DNA of 64,000 nt from Mobula hypostoma (lineage: Eukaryota), in contig NC_086097.1 in NCBI RefSeq assembly GCF_963921235.1, forward strand, positions 197,782,001 to 197,846,000, given 5' to 3'. Below are positions 35,601 to 48,414 of the stretch, piece by piece. Both the position numbers and the translations under genes were made by a program. Numbering within the stretch: position 1 is the stretch's first letter; every line of letters begins with the position of its first letter. The notes under the pieces were generated by a model. It did no database searches. It was given only the letters and a program-made list of their open reading frames with translations, and was not told the origin of the DNA.

Positions 35601-37470
35601 TCTTGGGATCCTTTACCAACCTGATTTTCCCAATCGACCTGCATGTTAAAATGTCCTATGACTACCATAACATTGCCCTTTTGACAAGCCTTTTCGATTT
35701 CCTGTTGAATCTGTGGTCCATCTCTCAGCCACTGTTTGAAAGCCTATATGTAACTGCCATCAACTTCCTTTTACCCTTGCAGTTTCTTAACTCAACCCAC
35801 AAGGACTCAACATCTTCCGGCCCTATGTCACATCTTCCTACTGATTTGATGCCATTCCTTACCAGCAGAGCCACGCCACCCCCTCTGTTTACCGTCCTAT
35901 CCCTCCAATACAATGCGTAACCTTGGACATTCAGCTCCCAACTACAACCATCCTTCATCTTCCACCTTATTTCTTATACTCTGTGCATTAAGATGTATCA
36001 CTTTGAGTGCTGTATTTGCACCTTTTTTGATTCTACTTCCCTAATGCACTGATACTCAGCCTACTGGCTGCAATTTTGTACTATCATTTGCCTGCCCTTC
36101 CTGACAGTCTGACTGCATCCCATCCTTGCTCTTTTTTTTTTTTACCTTCCATCCTATCCTGAGTTCCTTCATTCTGGTTCCCACACCCCTGCCCAACTCT
36201 CCCCAACAGGTTTAAAAATCTGCCCACAAGAACATTGGTCCCCCTTGGGTTCAGGTACAACCCATCCCTTTTATACAGGTCATACCTCACCCAGAAGAGA
36301 TCCCAATGATCCAAGAACCTGAAGCCCTGCCCGTGCACCAGCTTCTCAACCACACATTTATCCGTCAAATCACGTACCCTCACTAGTACGTGGCACAGAC
36401 AGCAATCCAGAAATTACTATCCTGGAGGTCCTGTTTCTCAGCTTTCTACCTAGCTCTCTAAATTCTCTGTTCAGGACCTCTTTGCTTTTCTTTCCTATGT
36501 CATTGGTACCAATATGTACCAAGGCATCTGGCTGCTCTCTCCCTCTCTAAAATGCTATAGATGCAATCCAGGACGTCCCTGACCTTGGCACCTGGGAGAC
36601 AACGTACCATCCAGATGTCCCATTCACTTCCACTGATTCTCCTGTCTGTTCCTCTGACTATTGAGTCCCTTATCACGACTGCTCCCCTCTTCTCTCTCTT
36701 TACCTTCTACACCATGGACCTATGCTCAGTGCCAGTAACCCGGTCTCCGTGGCATTCCCCTGGGAAGTCATACTCGGCTAAAATATCCAAAAAGGGTCTG
36801 CTTATTTTTGAGCAGCGTGTCCACAGGGATACTCTGCACCAACTGCATATTCACATTTCCCAGCTACACCTCCTCCAACTTCGGGGTGACTACTTCCCTC
36901 GAACTCTGATCGATTATCTCCTCTCTCTCCCATATAAGCTGAAGATCATCCAGTTACTGCTCCCGATCCCTAACATGGTCTTCAAGGAGCTGCAGTTGGA
37001 TGCACTTCACCCAGATGTAGTTCCCTGGGAAATGCTGGGTCTCCCAGAACTCCAACATTCAGCATGACGAACACACACCGGCCATTATTCTTTTGGAGTG
37101 TAGGAGAATGAGGGGAGATTTGATAGAGGTGTACAGAAATATAAGAGGTATAGACAGGATAAATACAAGCAGTCTTTTTCACTGAGGTTGGGTGAAACTA
37201 GAACAAAAGGTCATAGGTTAAGAGTGAAAGGTAAAATATTTAAGGGGACCCTGAAGGAGCTCCTTCACTCAGGACGGTGCGAGTGTGGAACAAACTGTCA
37301 GTGGAAGTGTGGAACATTGGGAAGTGATTTCAACATTTTAAGAGAAGTTTGATTAAGTTAGTTCATGGAAGTGTGTGGAGGATTGTGATGCAGGTACAGG
37401 TTAATAGGGAGAGGCAGAATAACAGTTTTGCCCAGACTATATGGGCTGAAGGGCCCTTTTCTTTGCTGTA
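32620..37470 (+). mobile_element. Host CR1 3' fragment (32620-33209 and 37091-37470) split by a nested antisense CR1
   Basis: WAEKWQIEFNAEKCEV; the LYSLECRR-type coding segment is broken at ttattc. Confidence 0.85.
33211..37084 (-). mobile_element. Near full-length degenerate CR1 (ORF1 zinc finger + SGNH esterase, APE, RT)
   Basis: KCIQLQLL; GFRFLDHWDLFWVRYDLYKRDGLYLNPRGTNVL; VESLWVELRN; IGHFN; SQHGF; GVLQGSRLGPLLFMLYINDL..KFADDTKI; TSD ttattc at 33204-33209 and 37085-37090. Confidence 0.9.
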
Positions 37471-40400
37471 ATGCTGTGTCTGTAAATGCATTGTTTTGTG
37501 TCAATGTCTAAAGTCGCCTGAGGATTGTGCTGGTGGCAGGAGGGGAAAGAAGTGGAAAACATCAAAATATTTTTCTGCACTTATTTTTCGATCCAGTTTC
37601 ATTACAGTATCAAATGAATGTGGCTGCATATGGCTGCCATAAAGCTGAGAGCCTTGATGGAAATAGCATTCGGCTTCTCAGCACAGCAGAACTGAGTTCC
37701 CTGAGCATATTGTTGAATCTAGCAGACCAGTGAGAGATCGGATCTGCTGATGTCTGGCCTCCAAACCTACTCACATGGCAATTGTTAATTACTTTTTAGC
37801 CCACGAAAAGCAATAGTGCAACTGTTGTGGATTTAATAGTTTCCACTGGAGGTTGTTAATCAGAAGGGCAAACAGTACAGCTAGCCAGCAAAATGTGGCC
37901 TCATGCAGAAAAAGTGCATAGAATTATTCAGCAGCTGTATAATAGATTTTAGTGACTTTTCTGTGGCATTTTATTAAGGTGCAGATATTGTTTGGATTCT
38001 TTTTCCAGATTATTCAAGTATTGTATGCTGCAGTTGTCCTGTCCACCAACAATTAATTATTCCTATTTTTCTGTGGTTTCCTTTGAAACTCATGCTTTGG
38101 AGAGCTTAACAAGACAATTCGCTTCTCACATCTTCTTGAGTTCCTCTAGCATTTTGTGTGTGTATCCTTTAGATTTCTAGCTTTACTTGCAATGTCAATT
38201 GCTCTGTCACATTTCAACTTTTAGCCAAGAAGTATTTTGTGCTTCCGTATCTATTTCACCTTACTTTGTGCTTTTCCAGGTGCATATTTTGTTTCATGCA
38301 TTCTGTGGAAAATACTGCAGATTTTTCAAGGATAATAAAGTTTTGTCGCTTAATTGATAACTTTTAAATGATCCCAATACTTTAAGAGCTGAGGTGTAAA
38401 TGGTTGCATTTCCCTGTGACTATCCCTTCAGAGTTTAGAAAACCCTTAGCTGTCTAATGTGGGTCAAATCAAGACCTCAATGGCATTTTTCAACAATAAT
38501 CTGGATGCTCACCAATTCTTGTTTTTACTTGCCGAGTGGACATTCTTCAACCATGTTATACATACACACTACTTTTTTAGACTGATAGTGGAAAGAGTAA
38601 AGTTCATGTTTTGAAGTAAGATGTGTGTGAATTGAACTGATGCCCATTTGTGTAAAACTCTACATTTTAGTTGAGTTGGCTGGCAGTCAGTTTATTAATG
38701 CATTACAATATTTTTGCTGGGTTTTTTGCCTCTTATCTTTTCAAAGTCTTAAGTAAAATGCTTCATTTACGCAGCTTTCATAGGCTAACATTGCTTTTTA
38801 AATTTGTTGTAATGATTTAAGCTAATATTAACCATTGGTATAGATTACGCTCTTGACATTGATATAGTTAGAAATTTTTGCAATTAAAGGAAATTTGATC
38901 TATTACATGAATGAACAAATTGAAGTATTTTACTACCCATGCATCTAAGTTCATTCAGGTTTTACACATTCAAGTGCATTTATGTGTTGAATAATATTGA
39001 TCTAGTACTGACTAGGAACTGAAGGAATGCTTCTTCATTCTGTTTGGCAATGTATTGTCAATCTTTGGATTTCAGAGCAACGATTTTTTTTTGTATATGT
39101 TAAAGCTTCTCAAAACCAGGTCCAATATACAACTAAAGAATAACAACGGTGAAATGATAACACTGGCCATTCATTTGTTCCACAGAGTGCTTTCTCAGCT
39201 AACTTTTGTGCTGTGTTCTTGAGTTCTTAACTTATATGCTCTTTTTTGTTGATTATTTATTATTATTTTCCTGTATCTTTATTTCAAGGCTTATCAGAGA
39301 GATTTAAAACAGCATAATCTATCAAAGGCGAAGAGACATGCAAAGAGTTTGGCCTTGAGATACAATGCCAGGAGCATGGATAACACTTGTTGCATGGGAT
39401 GAGTACAGAGCTGAGGTCTCAGGGTGGTTTGTGACTGCGTGCAGCAGTAGAGCTAAGGGAACAGGAGCAGGTCTGTGCCAGACTGAGCATGAACAAGTCC
39501 AACATAACTTTAAAGGTGGATTGTATTTTCAGTTTACTTTTGATAAATTTGTCGTTTCAGCAGAAATCTGGAGATCACACACCTTGCTCAAATCTGTGAG
39601 AACTCTTAAAATAAAGCTGCATGCTATTATGCTGGTATTCACTGAAAATCCAGACAGTTTTTCCTGCATCTCCAACTCCCAATTAAGTTTAGCCCTTGCC
39701 ACTAGTCACATGTCCATACATTTAATATCAATTTGGCCATAAATAATGAAATGTAGAATACCTGTGACAGAACTATAGAAAATGATAATGTAAGATTGAA
39801 GCATTATTTGAAGCTTGTAAAACATTTAAATCAGCAAATATTTTTCCTGTAGTATAATTGGGACTATGCCAGTCAGAGTGGAATTGAACCAGCTCGAATG
39901 AAAATGTTCCATTCACAGTCTGTTGAATAGAGGGAGTTCACTAACTTCATCCAAATTGGTGGTACCTATATTACAAAAAGGTGTTAATAATTATATCTAG
40001 AAAATAGAAAATTGACTAAGATTGCTTCAGTCTCTTGCTGGGGTGTGAAATTAGGTTGTGATATTCTAAACATTCTAAAATCCTGTAACTAAGCCAGTAG
40101 TTTTCATAATTGTTTGTTTAGATTTTCACTCACTTACTACACCTATTCCAGAATGCTTTTTACTACTTGTGCGCTCTTTCAGTGAGGGAGGAGCGCAGCC
40201 TCAGGTGAGAGAGTGGTGCACTTTTTAAGAGATAGCTCTGAAATATACATGTTTGGTTAATTGCTGCTGGACACAAAGCAGTATTTCAAGATGAGTAGTT
40301 GGAGACAGCCAATAATGAAGAGAAGGAAAAGTAGGGAAGCCAAGTAATAATGTAGATTAGGAAGAATTAAATCAAGGCAAGTGAAATCATGGGGGAGAAC

Positions 40401-40565
40401 TGCAGCACTGCAATAAATGCTCATGTAAATATAAAGAAGTTTGCAGGCAACCATGAAGTTAAATTGAATGAAGCAAACAAAAAGTGTCCTTGGAGGCTAA
40501 AAGCAAAACAAAGTCAGGTTTTATCAAATTATTATAAACCCATTGATCATTTGTTATATTGCAGT

Positions 40566-41045
40566 GATAGAAACCATAGAAACCATAGAAAACTACAGCA
40601 CAGAAACAGGCCTTTTGGCCCTTCTTGGCTGTGCCGAACCATTTTCTGCCTAGTCCCACTGACCTGCACACAGACCATATCCCTCCATACACCTCCCATC
40701 CATGTATCTGTCCAATTTATTCTTAAATGTTAAAAAAGAACCCGCATTTACCACCTTGTCTGGCAGCTCATTCCATACTCCCACCACTCTCTGTGTGAAG
40801 AAGCCCCCCCTAATGTTCCCTTTAAACTCTTCCCCCCTCACCTTTAACCCATGTCCTCTGGTTTTTTTCTCCCCTTGCCTCAGTGGAAAAAGTCTGCTTG
40901 CATTCACTCTATCTACACCCATCATAATTTTATATACCTCTATCAAATCTCCCCTCATTCTTCTACGCTCCAGGGAATAAAGTCCTAACCTATTCAACCT
41001 TTCTCTGTAACTGAGTTTCTCAAGTCCTGGCAACATCCTTGTAAA
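40566..41045 (-). mobile_element. Young 5'-truncated CR1 with 8-bp tail repeat (catagaaac-type on plus)
   Basis: Uninterrupted ORF2 C-terminus FTRMLPGLEKLSYRERLNRLGLYSLERRRMRGDLIEVYKIM..FFTQRVVGVWNELP. Confidence 0.92.
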
Positions 41046-41093
41046 GCATGGGAAACTAGAAATAACTTTAGGAAACACTAAATTGAATATTAA

Positions 41094-41711
41094 TAGATTA
41101 TGAAGACACGTAGTCCTCTTTTATTGTCATTTAAGTAATGCATACATTAAGAAGTGATACATTATTTCCTCCGGTGTGATATCATAAAACACGGGACAGA
41201 CCAAGACTGAAAAAACTGACAAAACCACATAATTATAACATATAGTTACAAACAGTGCAACAATACCATAACTTGATGAAGAAGTCCCTGAGCACAGTAA
41301 AGTTCAAAGTCACTCAAATGTCCCATGTCTCACGCAGATGGGAGAAGGAAGAAAAACTCTCCCTGCCATGCCGACCACAATCCAATTCTGAGTCATCCGA
41401 AAACTTAGAGCTCTGATCAGCTCTCCGACACCGGGTACTGAGCACCATCTCTGTCCGAACGATTCGACCTCCTCCTCCGTTGTCAAAAGCAGGCAAGGCC
41501 GGGGATTTTCTGGCCTACCCTTCGTAAGATTCCCGACCACACAGTAACAACAGCAGCGAATGGGCGTTTCAGAAATTTCTCCAGATGTTCCTCTGTGCTT
41601 TCACGTCCATTCTCAATCAGAATTGTCCACGGCCCCTATTTAACAGATATGATATCATTTTTCACCGGAGGGCTGCGCACACACGGGCGCGCCGCCATCT
41701 TCTCCTCCCGC
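41094..41711 (-). mobile_element. Non-coding ~620-bp non-autonomous retroelement, copy 2
   Basis: 5' GCGGGAGGAGAAGATGGCGGCGCG; 3' GAGGAC(TACGT)GTCTTC-ATAATCTA; colinear with 22172-22804. Confidence 0.78.
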
Positions 41712-42049
41712 TTTATTCCAATATGTTGTTAAATAAACCCTATTTTACAAAATATTTGTGAATTTATATTGAAGTTCAAAGTAAATTTATCTAGTGATTA
41801 GCATAACTGTTCACTGCTATCAAGTTTTATTTGGCCTTCATGACATTCTGAACGTGATGCATAATCAGATTTAATTGAGCCGACTGTTCTCAAGGATTTT
41901 GTCTGGTATGGACATAAGGAGTGTGCCTGGTATATGTTCATTCAGCCACATGTAAATCCTGAATAACCTGAGACCCTCTATAGTTTTGAAACATGGAGTG
42001 ATGGATGCTGCTACATTTTACTCCACATGGCCCATGTTATGATTCCCTG

Positions 42050-42260
42050 TATTATATAACCATATAACAATTACAGCACGGAAACAGGTTATCTCGGCCC
42101 TTCTAGTCCGTACCGAACTCTTACTTTCACCTAGTCCCACCGACCTGTACTCAGCCCATAACCCTCCATTCCTTTCCTGTCCATATATCTATCCAATTTA
42201 ACTTTAAATGACAACATCAAACCTGCCTCAACCACTTCTGCTGGAAACTCGTTCCACAGA
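42050..42260 (-). mobile_element. Short CR1 3' end
   Basis: atataacc tail repeat; similar to 40570-40780. Confidence 0.75.
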
Positions 42261-44770
42261 CTAAATTCTTAAGTTACAGGGGGCAGAAGCGAGTGCAATT
42301 ACTACTACCAAGGAGATGGTGGTAAGGAAATTGAAAGGTCTCAAAGTACATAGGTCACCTGGACCAAATGGACTCCACCTGAAGAGATTGATTAGTAATC
42401 TTTCAATAATCACTAGATCCTGGAATGATTTTGGAGGACAGGAAAATTGCAAATGCTACTCCACTCTAAGAATGGAAGGATGCAGAATAAAGGAAACTGT
42501 AGGCCAGTTAACCTGACCTCAGTGGTTGAGAAGATGTTGGAGTTCATTATTAAGAATGAGGTTTTGGGTACTTGGAGGCACATGATAAACTAGGCCAAAG
42601 TCAGCATGGTTTTCTTAAGATCTGTTCGAATTCTTCGAGGAAATAACAGGCAGCATAGACAATGGAGGCTAGAAACTTGGATTTTTAGAAGACCTTAGAC
42701 AAAGTGCCACACTCGAGGCTGCTAAACACAGTAAGAGCACGTGATATTACAGGAAAGATTCTAGCATGGATAGAAGATTGGCTTACTGGCAGGAGGCAAA
42801 GAGTGGGAATAAATGGGGTATTTTCTGACCATCTGCAAGTGAGTAGCGTGTTCCACAGGGATCAGTGTTGGGACCACTTCTTATCACATCATATATCAAT
42901 GATTTGGATGATGGAGTTGATGGCTTTGTGGCCAAGTTCTCAGATTTTACAAAGATAACTGGAGGGGCAGGTCTTGGTGAGTAAAAGGGAGTCTGCAGAA
43001 AGACTTCAACAGATTAGCAGACAAAGAAATGGAAGATGGAATATAGTGTATGGTCAAGCATTTTGGTTGAAGGAGTGAAGGTGTAGACCATTTTCTAAAT
43101 GGGGAGCAAATTTAGAAATCAGAGGTGCAAAGAGACTTGGGAATCCTCATGCAGGATTCCCCAAAAGGCAATCTGCAGGTTGAGTAGGTGGTGAGAAAGG
43201 CAAATGCAGTGTTAGCATTCATTTAAAGAGGACTACAATATAAAAGCAAGGATGTAATGCTGAAGCTACATAAGGCACTGGTGAGACCTCACCTTGAGCA
43301 TTGTGAGGCATTGGTCAGACTGCAACTGGAATATTGAGAGTAGGTTTGAGCCACTTATCCAAAAAAAAGATATGCTAGTATTGGAGGGTCCAAAGGATGT
43401 TCCTGGAAGAAAACAGTTTATGTATGATGGCTGTAGTGCCTGTACTCGCTGGAGTTCAGAAGAATGCCAAGAGATCTCATTGAAACCTAGCAAATCTTGA
43501 AAGGCCTAGACAGTGGATGGGGAGAGGACGATTCCTATTATGGGTGAGTCCAAGGCCAGGGAGCACAACCTCAGAAAACAGAGATCCCTTTAGAATAGAG
43601 ATGAGGAGGAATTTCTTTAGCCGTAGGGTGCTAAATCTGTGGAATTCATTAACACAGATGGCTGTGGAGGCCAATGCGTTGAGTATATTTAAAACAGAGG
43701 TTGATAGGTTCTTGATTAAAAACAGGAAAAAGTCTGCAGATGCTGGAAATCCGAGCAACACACAAAACACTGGAGGAACTCAACAGGCCAGACAGCATCT
43801 ATGTAAAAAAGTACAGTTGACATTTCAGGCCGAAACCTTTCGGCAGGATTGGAGAAAAAAACTGAAAAGTAGATTTGAAAGGTGGGAGAAGGGGAGAGAG
43901 AAATGCCAGGTGATAGGTGAAACTTGGAGGGGGAGGGATGAAGCAAAGAGCTAGGAAGTTGATTAAGGAAAGAGACAGAAGGCTATAGAAGAAAGAAAAA
44001 AGTGGGGGAGGAGCACCAGAGGGAGGCAGTGTGTGGGCAAGAAGATAACAAGAGGAAGGGACAAGGGGATGGAAAATGGTGAAGTGGGAGCAGAGGCATT
44101 ACTAGAAGTTTGAGAAACTGATGCCCATGCCATCAGGTTGGAGATTACCCAAACGGAATACAAGATGTTATTCCTCCAACACAAGTGTGGCTTTATCACA
44201 ACACTGGAGGTGGCCATGGAATGGACATATCAGAATGGGAAGTGGAATTGGAATGGGAAGTGGAATTAAAATGGGTGGCCATTGGGAGATCCCGCTTGTT
44301 CTCCTAGTCTCCCAATCTATATCGGGGGTCACCGATATACAAGAGGCCACACCTGGAGCACCGAACACAGTATATAACTCCAAAAGACTCACAGGTGAAA
44401 TGTCGCCTTACCTGAAAGGACTGTTTGGGGCCCTGAATGGTAGTGAGGGAGGTAGTGTAGGGGCAGGTGAAGCACTTGTTCTGCTTGCAAGGATAAGTGC
44501 TAGGAGGAAGATCAGTGAGGAGGGACGAATGGACAAGGGAGTTGCATTAGGGGTGATCCCTGTGGAAAGCAAAAAGTGGGGGGAGGGGTAGGGAAGATGT
44601 GCTTGGTGGTGGGATCCAGATGGACATGGCAGAAGTTTCTTGATTAGTAAGGGCATCAAAAGTTACGGGGAGAATGGGGTTGAGAGGGTTAATAAATCAG
44701 CCATGACGGAACAGTGTTGCAGATTTAATTAGGCAAATAGCCTAATCCTGCTCCTTTGTCTTATGCCTCA
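42261..44770 (+). mobile_element. CR1 ORF2/3' fragment hosting a PLE insertion
   Basis: SPGPNGLH; VPHSRLL..WIEDWLTGRRQRVGING; RRNFFSRRVLNLWNSL..FKTEVDRFLI; sequence resumes at 44647. Confidence 0.85.
43719..44636 (-). mobile_element. PLE 3' copy nested in CR1, 10-bp TSD
   Basis: TSD ttcttgatta at 43709-43718 and 44637-44646; GIY-YIG remnant; hammerhead variant at 43815-43850. Confidence 0.88.
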
Positions 44771-44847
44771 TGCACATTGGCTTCTTCCTCCTGTAGTCAA
44801 TAATCAACTCTTTCATTTTGTAGATGTTGAGTGCGAGACTGCTGTCA

Positions 44848-45210
44848 CCATCATCATCTGGTGCCATGCCCAGTTTGAGCTTTGACTGCCATGGCCCACA
44901 CACTCCTGTTTCGGGTCAAGTGGATCAATTCATTGGTATTCATTTCCAGTTCTCTGGCTGCTGTCTCCATCATCATATGTCTTTATCTTCCTCTTGCTTT
45001 CTTCCCTTCAATCTTTCCCATAATTACGGTGCATTCTAACTCCTCTTTCCTAATCACATGTCCAATGAAGTTATGTTGCCTTTTCATGATCGCATACATT
45101 ATTTCTGTTTTTGTGTTTGCTCTGTTCATGACATCCTCATTAGGTATTCATTTCATCCATGATATTCTTTGCATCCTCCTCAAAAACCACATCTCTGCTG
45201 CTTCAATTTG
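44848..45210 (-). mobile_element. RTE-clade LINE 3' fragment
   Basis: Manual translation IEAAEMWFLRRMQRISW..NEDVMNRA..KRQHNFIGHVIRKEELECTVIMGKIEGKKARGR; (TGA)n tail. Confidence 0.8.
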
Positions 45211-45559
45211 TTATAATAAAGCATATGCTCATACAACCTGTTGTACATCAGAGACTCCAATCATTTCATTGGGATTTCTTGCACTGTAAATTGAGAGGAA
45301 AGAGATTAATACTGTGACCCTGGTCAGTCAGAAGTGTCGGGTCCTAAAGAACTCAAAAACACTACATGATAAAGACATAAGGAAAATTTTGTAGTGATGG
45401 GTCATGACATTCTTACTTGTGTCTGACTCTTGCCCTATAGTGTGATTTTCTAATCTGCTGTGGTGAGCTAGGTGCTGATCTACCGACTAGTGATCAGAGC
45501 TGAATTATGCCTGGCCCATTTCTTCATGTTTATTAATCGGCTCAGAAATAATTGTTGTG

Positions 45560-46480
45560 ACGTTCTTATGTGCACAAAGTTCAAGTTAGCACAACATAAA
45601 GTTATGCACAACTTTAAAAAATTAACTTTGTGAAGGGCAAATTGTGACCTTAATAGAAAGGAACTAGGTGGAGTTCATTGAGAGCAGCTTTCTCAGGCAG
45701 GTCCAGATGTAATATGTAGGAGTTGTTTAAAGACCAGCTAGTCAGAGCTCAGGACTGGCATATTTTAGTAAGGAGGATTACCAAGGATGAGAAAGTAGGG
45801 GAACATTGGATGTTGAAAGAGGTTATGAATTTAATAAAATAAAGAGAAGGAGGTGGATGGGTTTATAAGGTTTAGGAAGATAAAATCAGACAGAGATTTT
45901 GAGGGATATAAAGATAACAGCACAGGTCAAACAAAAGGGGCCATGACCTGTCTTTCACAAACAGGATTAAAGATAATACCAAGGCATTTTATACTTACAT
46001 TAAAAACAGCAGAATAACTAAGGAGTGTAGGACTGCTCAACAATAAAGAAGGAAACTTACTGTATATTTGCAGTTAGCAGATGTGGGTGATGTACTAAAT
46101 GAAAACAACACACACAAAATGCTGAGGAACTCAGCAAGCCAGGCAGCAGCTGTGGAAAACAGTACAGTCGACGTTTCAGCAGGACTACTTCTCCCTGCCC
46201 TGGCCTGCTGAGTTCCCCTGGAATTTTGTGTGGGTTGCTTGGATTTCCAGCATCTGCAGATTTTCTATTGTTTAAGATATTAAATGAATACTTTGTGTTG
46301 GTATTCATAATTTAAAGAATACAGATGATAGTGAGGTTAGTGTGGAGCTGATGTGCTAGGGATTGTGTGATCAAGAAGGAGTTAGCTTTGGATCTTTTGA
46401 AGAGCATCAAGGTAGATAGTTGCATAAGGCCTGATGGGATATATACACCAAGTTATTGAAAGAGACTAGCAGAGATTGTG
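45560..46480 (+). mobile_element. Old CR1 ORF2 fragment
   Basis: Remnants of RIKDNTKAFYTYIK and LNEYFVLVF. Confidence 0.65.
46104..46273. mobile_element. Inverted pair of PLE 3' ends (foldback mini-element)
   Basis: caacacacacaaaatgctgaggaactcagcaagccagg ... cctggcctgctgagttcccctggaattttgtgtgggttg; flanked by taaatgaa at 46096-46103 and 46281-46288. Confidence 0.75.
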
Positions 46481-47104
46481 TAGTATTTTCCTTTAAAAGA
46501 TCCTGAAATAAGTATTGCTGAAAAGAAATAGATTTTTTTTAGAATGTTAATGTAAAACTTCCATTATGGGAATATTCACTGCATAAGTAAAATAAGTTTT
46601 AATTATGAATTTTGCTCAAAATTTCGCTTCAATTGGTGGGCATCATGTTAATTTTCTTGATTGTTTTGCTTTGGATATGCATTAGATTCTCCTTCGGCAT
46701 GACTTGTTTGAATCCCATTTTAGAGATCATTGGATTACCCCTCTTTTACTTTTGTTTTCCTATTTTGGAGCTAGAAACTGTTATCTTTGTTGAATATGCT
46801 TGAAGTGAACTGACATAGACCAACTGGAGAAATCTGTGAGAATCTATCTAATAACTGAAAAACAATTGTTTGCTATGTTGTTAGATGCAAAGCAGACAAT
46901 ACTTTTTTTATCTTTTTTTTTTGTAATTTAATTGTATTTTTATCCTCTGCCTGCTGACACCTTCATTGCTGAAAATGCAGGCACAAAACTGTGTGAGGTC
47001 AACCATATACAAATGGGCCATTTGACCTGCTTCTTGGAGACATCAAGTACTGATCTTATAGATTTTATATTTGTTCTTGGGAAAATATTAATGTTTGTCT
47101 TCAT

Positions 47105-47868
47105 GTAGTTTGTGTTAGATGCTGAACAATGATTGAATCGTCCAAGTTAAGAAAACAACCTCTTCCTCAATGTCGCAAAACCAAAGGAGCTGGTTGTGAA
47201 TTACAGGGAGGAATGGAGACAGTCTAACCCCTATTGACATCAATGGATCTGGAGTTGAGAGGGTAAACCACTTTAAGTTCCCCGGCATCCACATCACCGA
47301 GGACTTCACATGGTCTGTACACCCCAGCTGAGTGGTGAAAAAGGCACAACAGTGCCTCTTTCACCTCAGACAGTTGAGGAAGTTTGGTATGGGCCCCCAG
47401 ATCCTAAGAACTTTTGACAGGGGCACAACTGAGAGCATCCTGACTGGCTGCGTCACTGTCTGGTATGGGAACCGTACCTCCCTTAATCACAGAGAGTGGT
47501 GCAGATAGCCCAGTACATCTGTAGTTGTGAACTTCCCATGATTCAGGAGAATTACAAAGACAAGTGTGAGAAAAGGGCCCGAAGGATCATTGAGGACCCA
47601 AGTCACCCTAACCACAATGTATTCCAGTTGCTACCATCCAGGAAACAGTACTACAGCATAAAAGCCAGGACCAACAGGCTCCTGGACAGATTCTTCCACC
47701 AAGCCATCAGACTGATTAACTCATGCTGATTTGAGTGTATTTCTATGTTACATTGACTCTTCTATTTATTACAAATTACTATGATTGCACATTTAGGCGG
47801 GAACGTAACATAAAGATTTTTACTGAGGTATGTGAAGGATGTAAGAAATAAAGTCAATTCAATTCAAG
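47105..47868 (+). mobile_element. Rex1/Babar LINE 3' fragment
   Basis: VERVNHFKFPGIHITEDFTW; KKAQQCLFHLRQLRKF; RIIEDPSHPNHNVFQLLPSRKQY..RTNRLLDRFFHQAIRLIN; tail aataaagtcaattcaattcaa. Confidence 0.88.
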
Positions 47869-48414
47869 TATATCAAATGGTACTGAGGTAAAAGATACAC
47901 TACTATAATTGCTAAATTTATTTTTTTTTACTTTTATTTTATCTGCTGGATCCCACCTTTCTTATCTAACATGTAGATAAATTTTATCCTTGTGTTCTAC
48001 ACTGGCGTAAAGTTAGTAGGTTTCCTTCTATATCACTGTATACAGCATTTAGAATGTTGCATTTACGCACGCAGATATAATTTGATACCACATTGGTTTA
48101 ATGTTCCTCTTGGGAGATTAAAGCAACGTTTACCATCCATAAATCCACTAGGTACCATGAAGTCATCTGGAATTTGTAAATAGTTAAAGTCTACATGACA
48201 GAAAAGCCAATTACTCTGGTTCAATGTGAGGTATTGATTTGTCTAAACAAATATATAACTGTGAATCAACTAACACAATAACGATGTACAAGAAAAATGG
48301 ATTTATTTAAGTTATTACAGCTGGGAAATATTATTCGGTGATACTTTAATTATTGGGTTGCTAATACTTCAGGTGTCAGTTCAAATTTGTTGCCATGTGC
48401 ATACATAATCAGGA

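Noticed and set aside
40174..40190. Iron-responsive-element-like CAGTGA loop
   Set aside because: The upper stem in IRE register would be mostly G-U pairs with a mismatch
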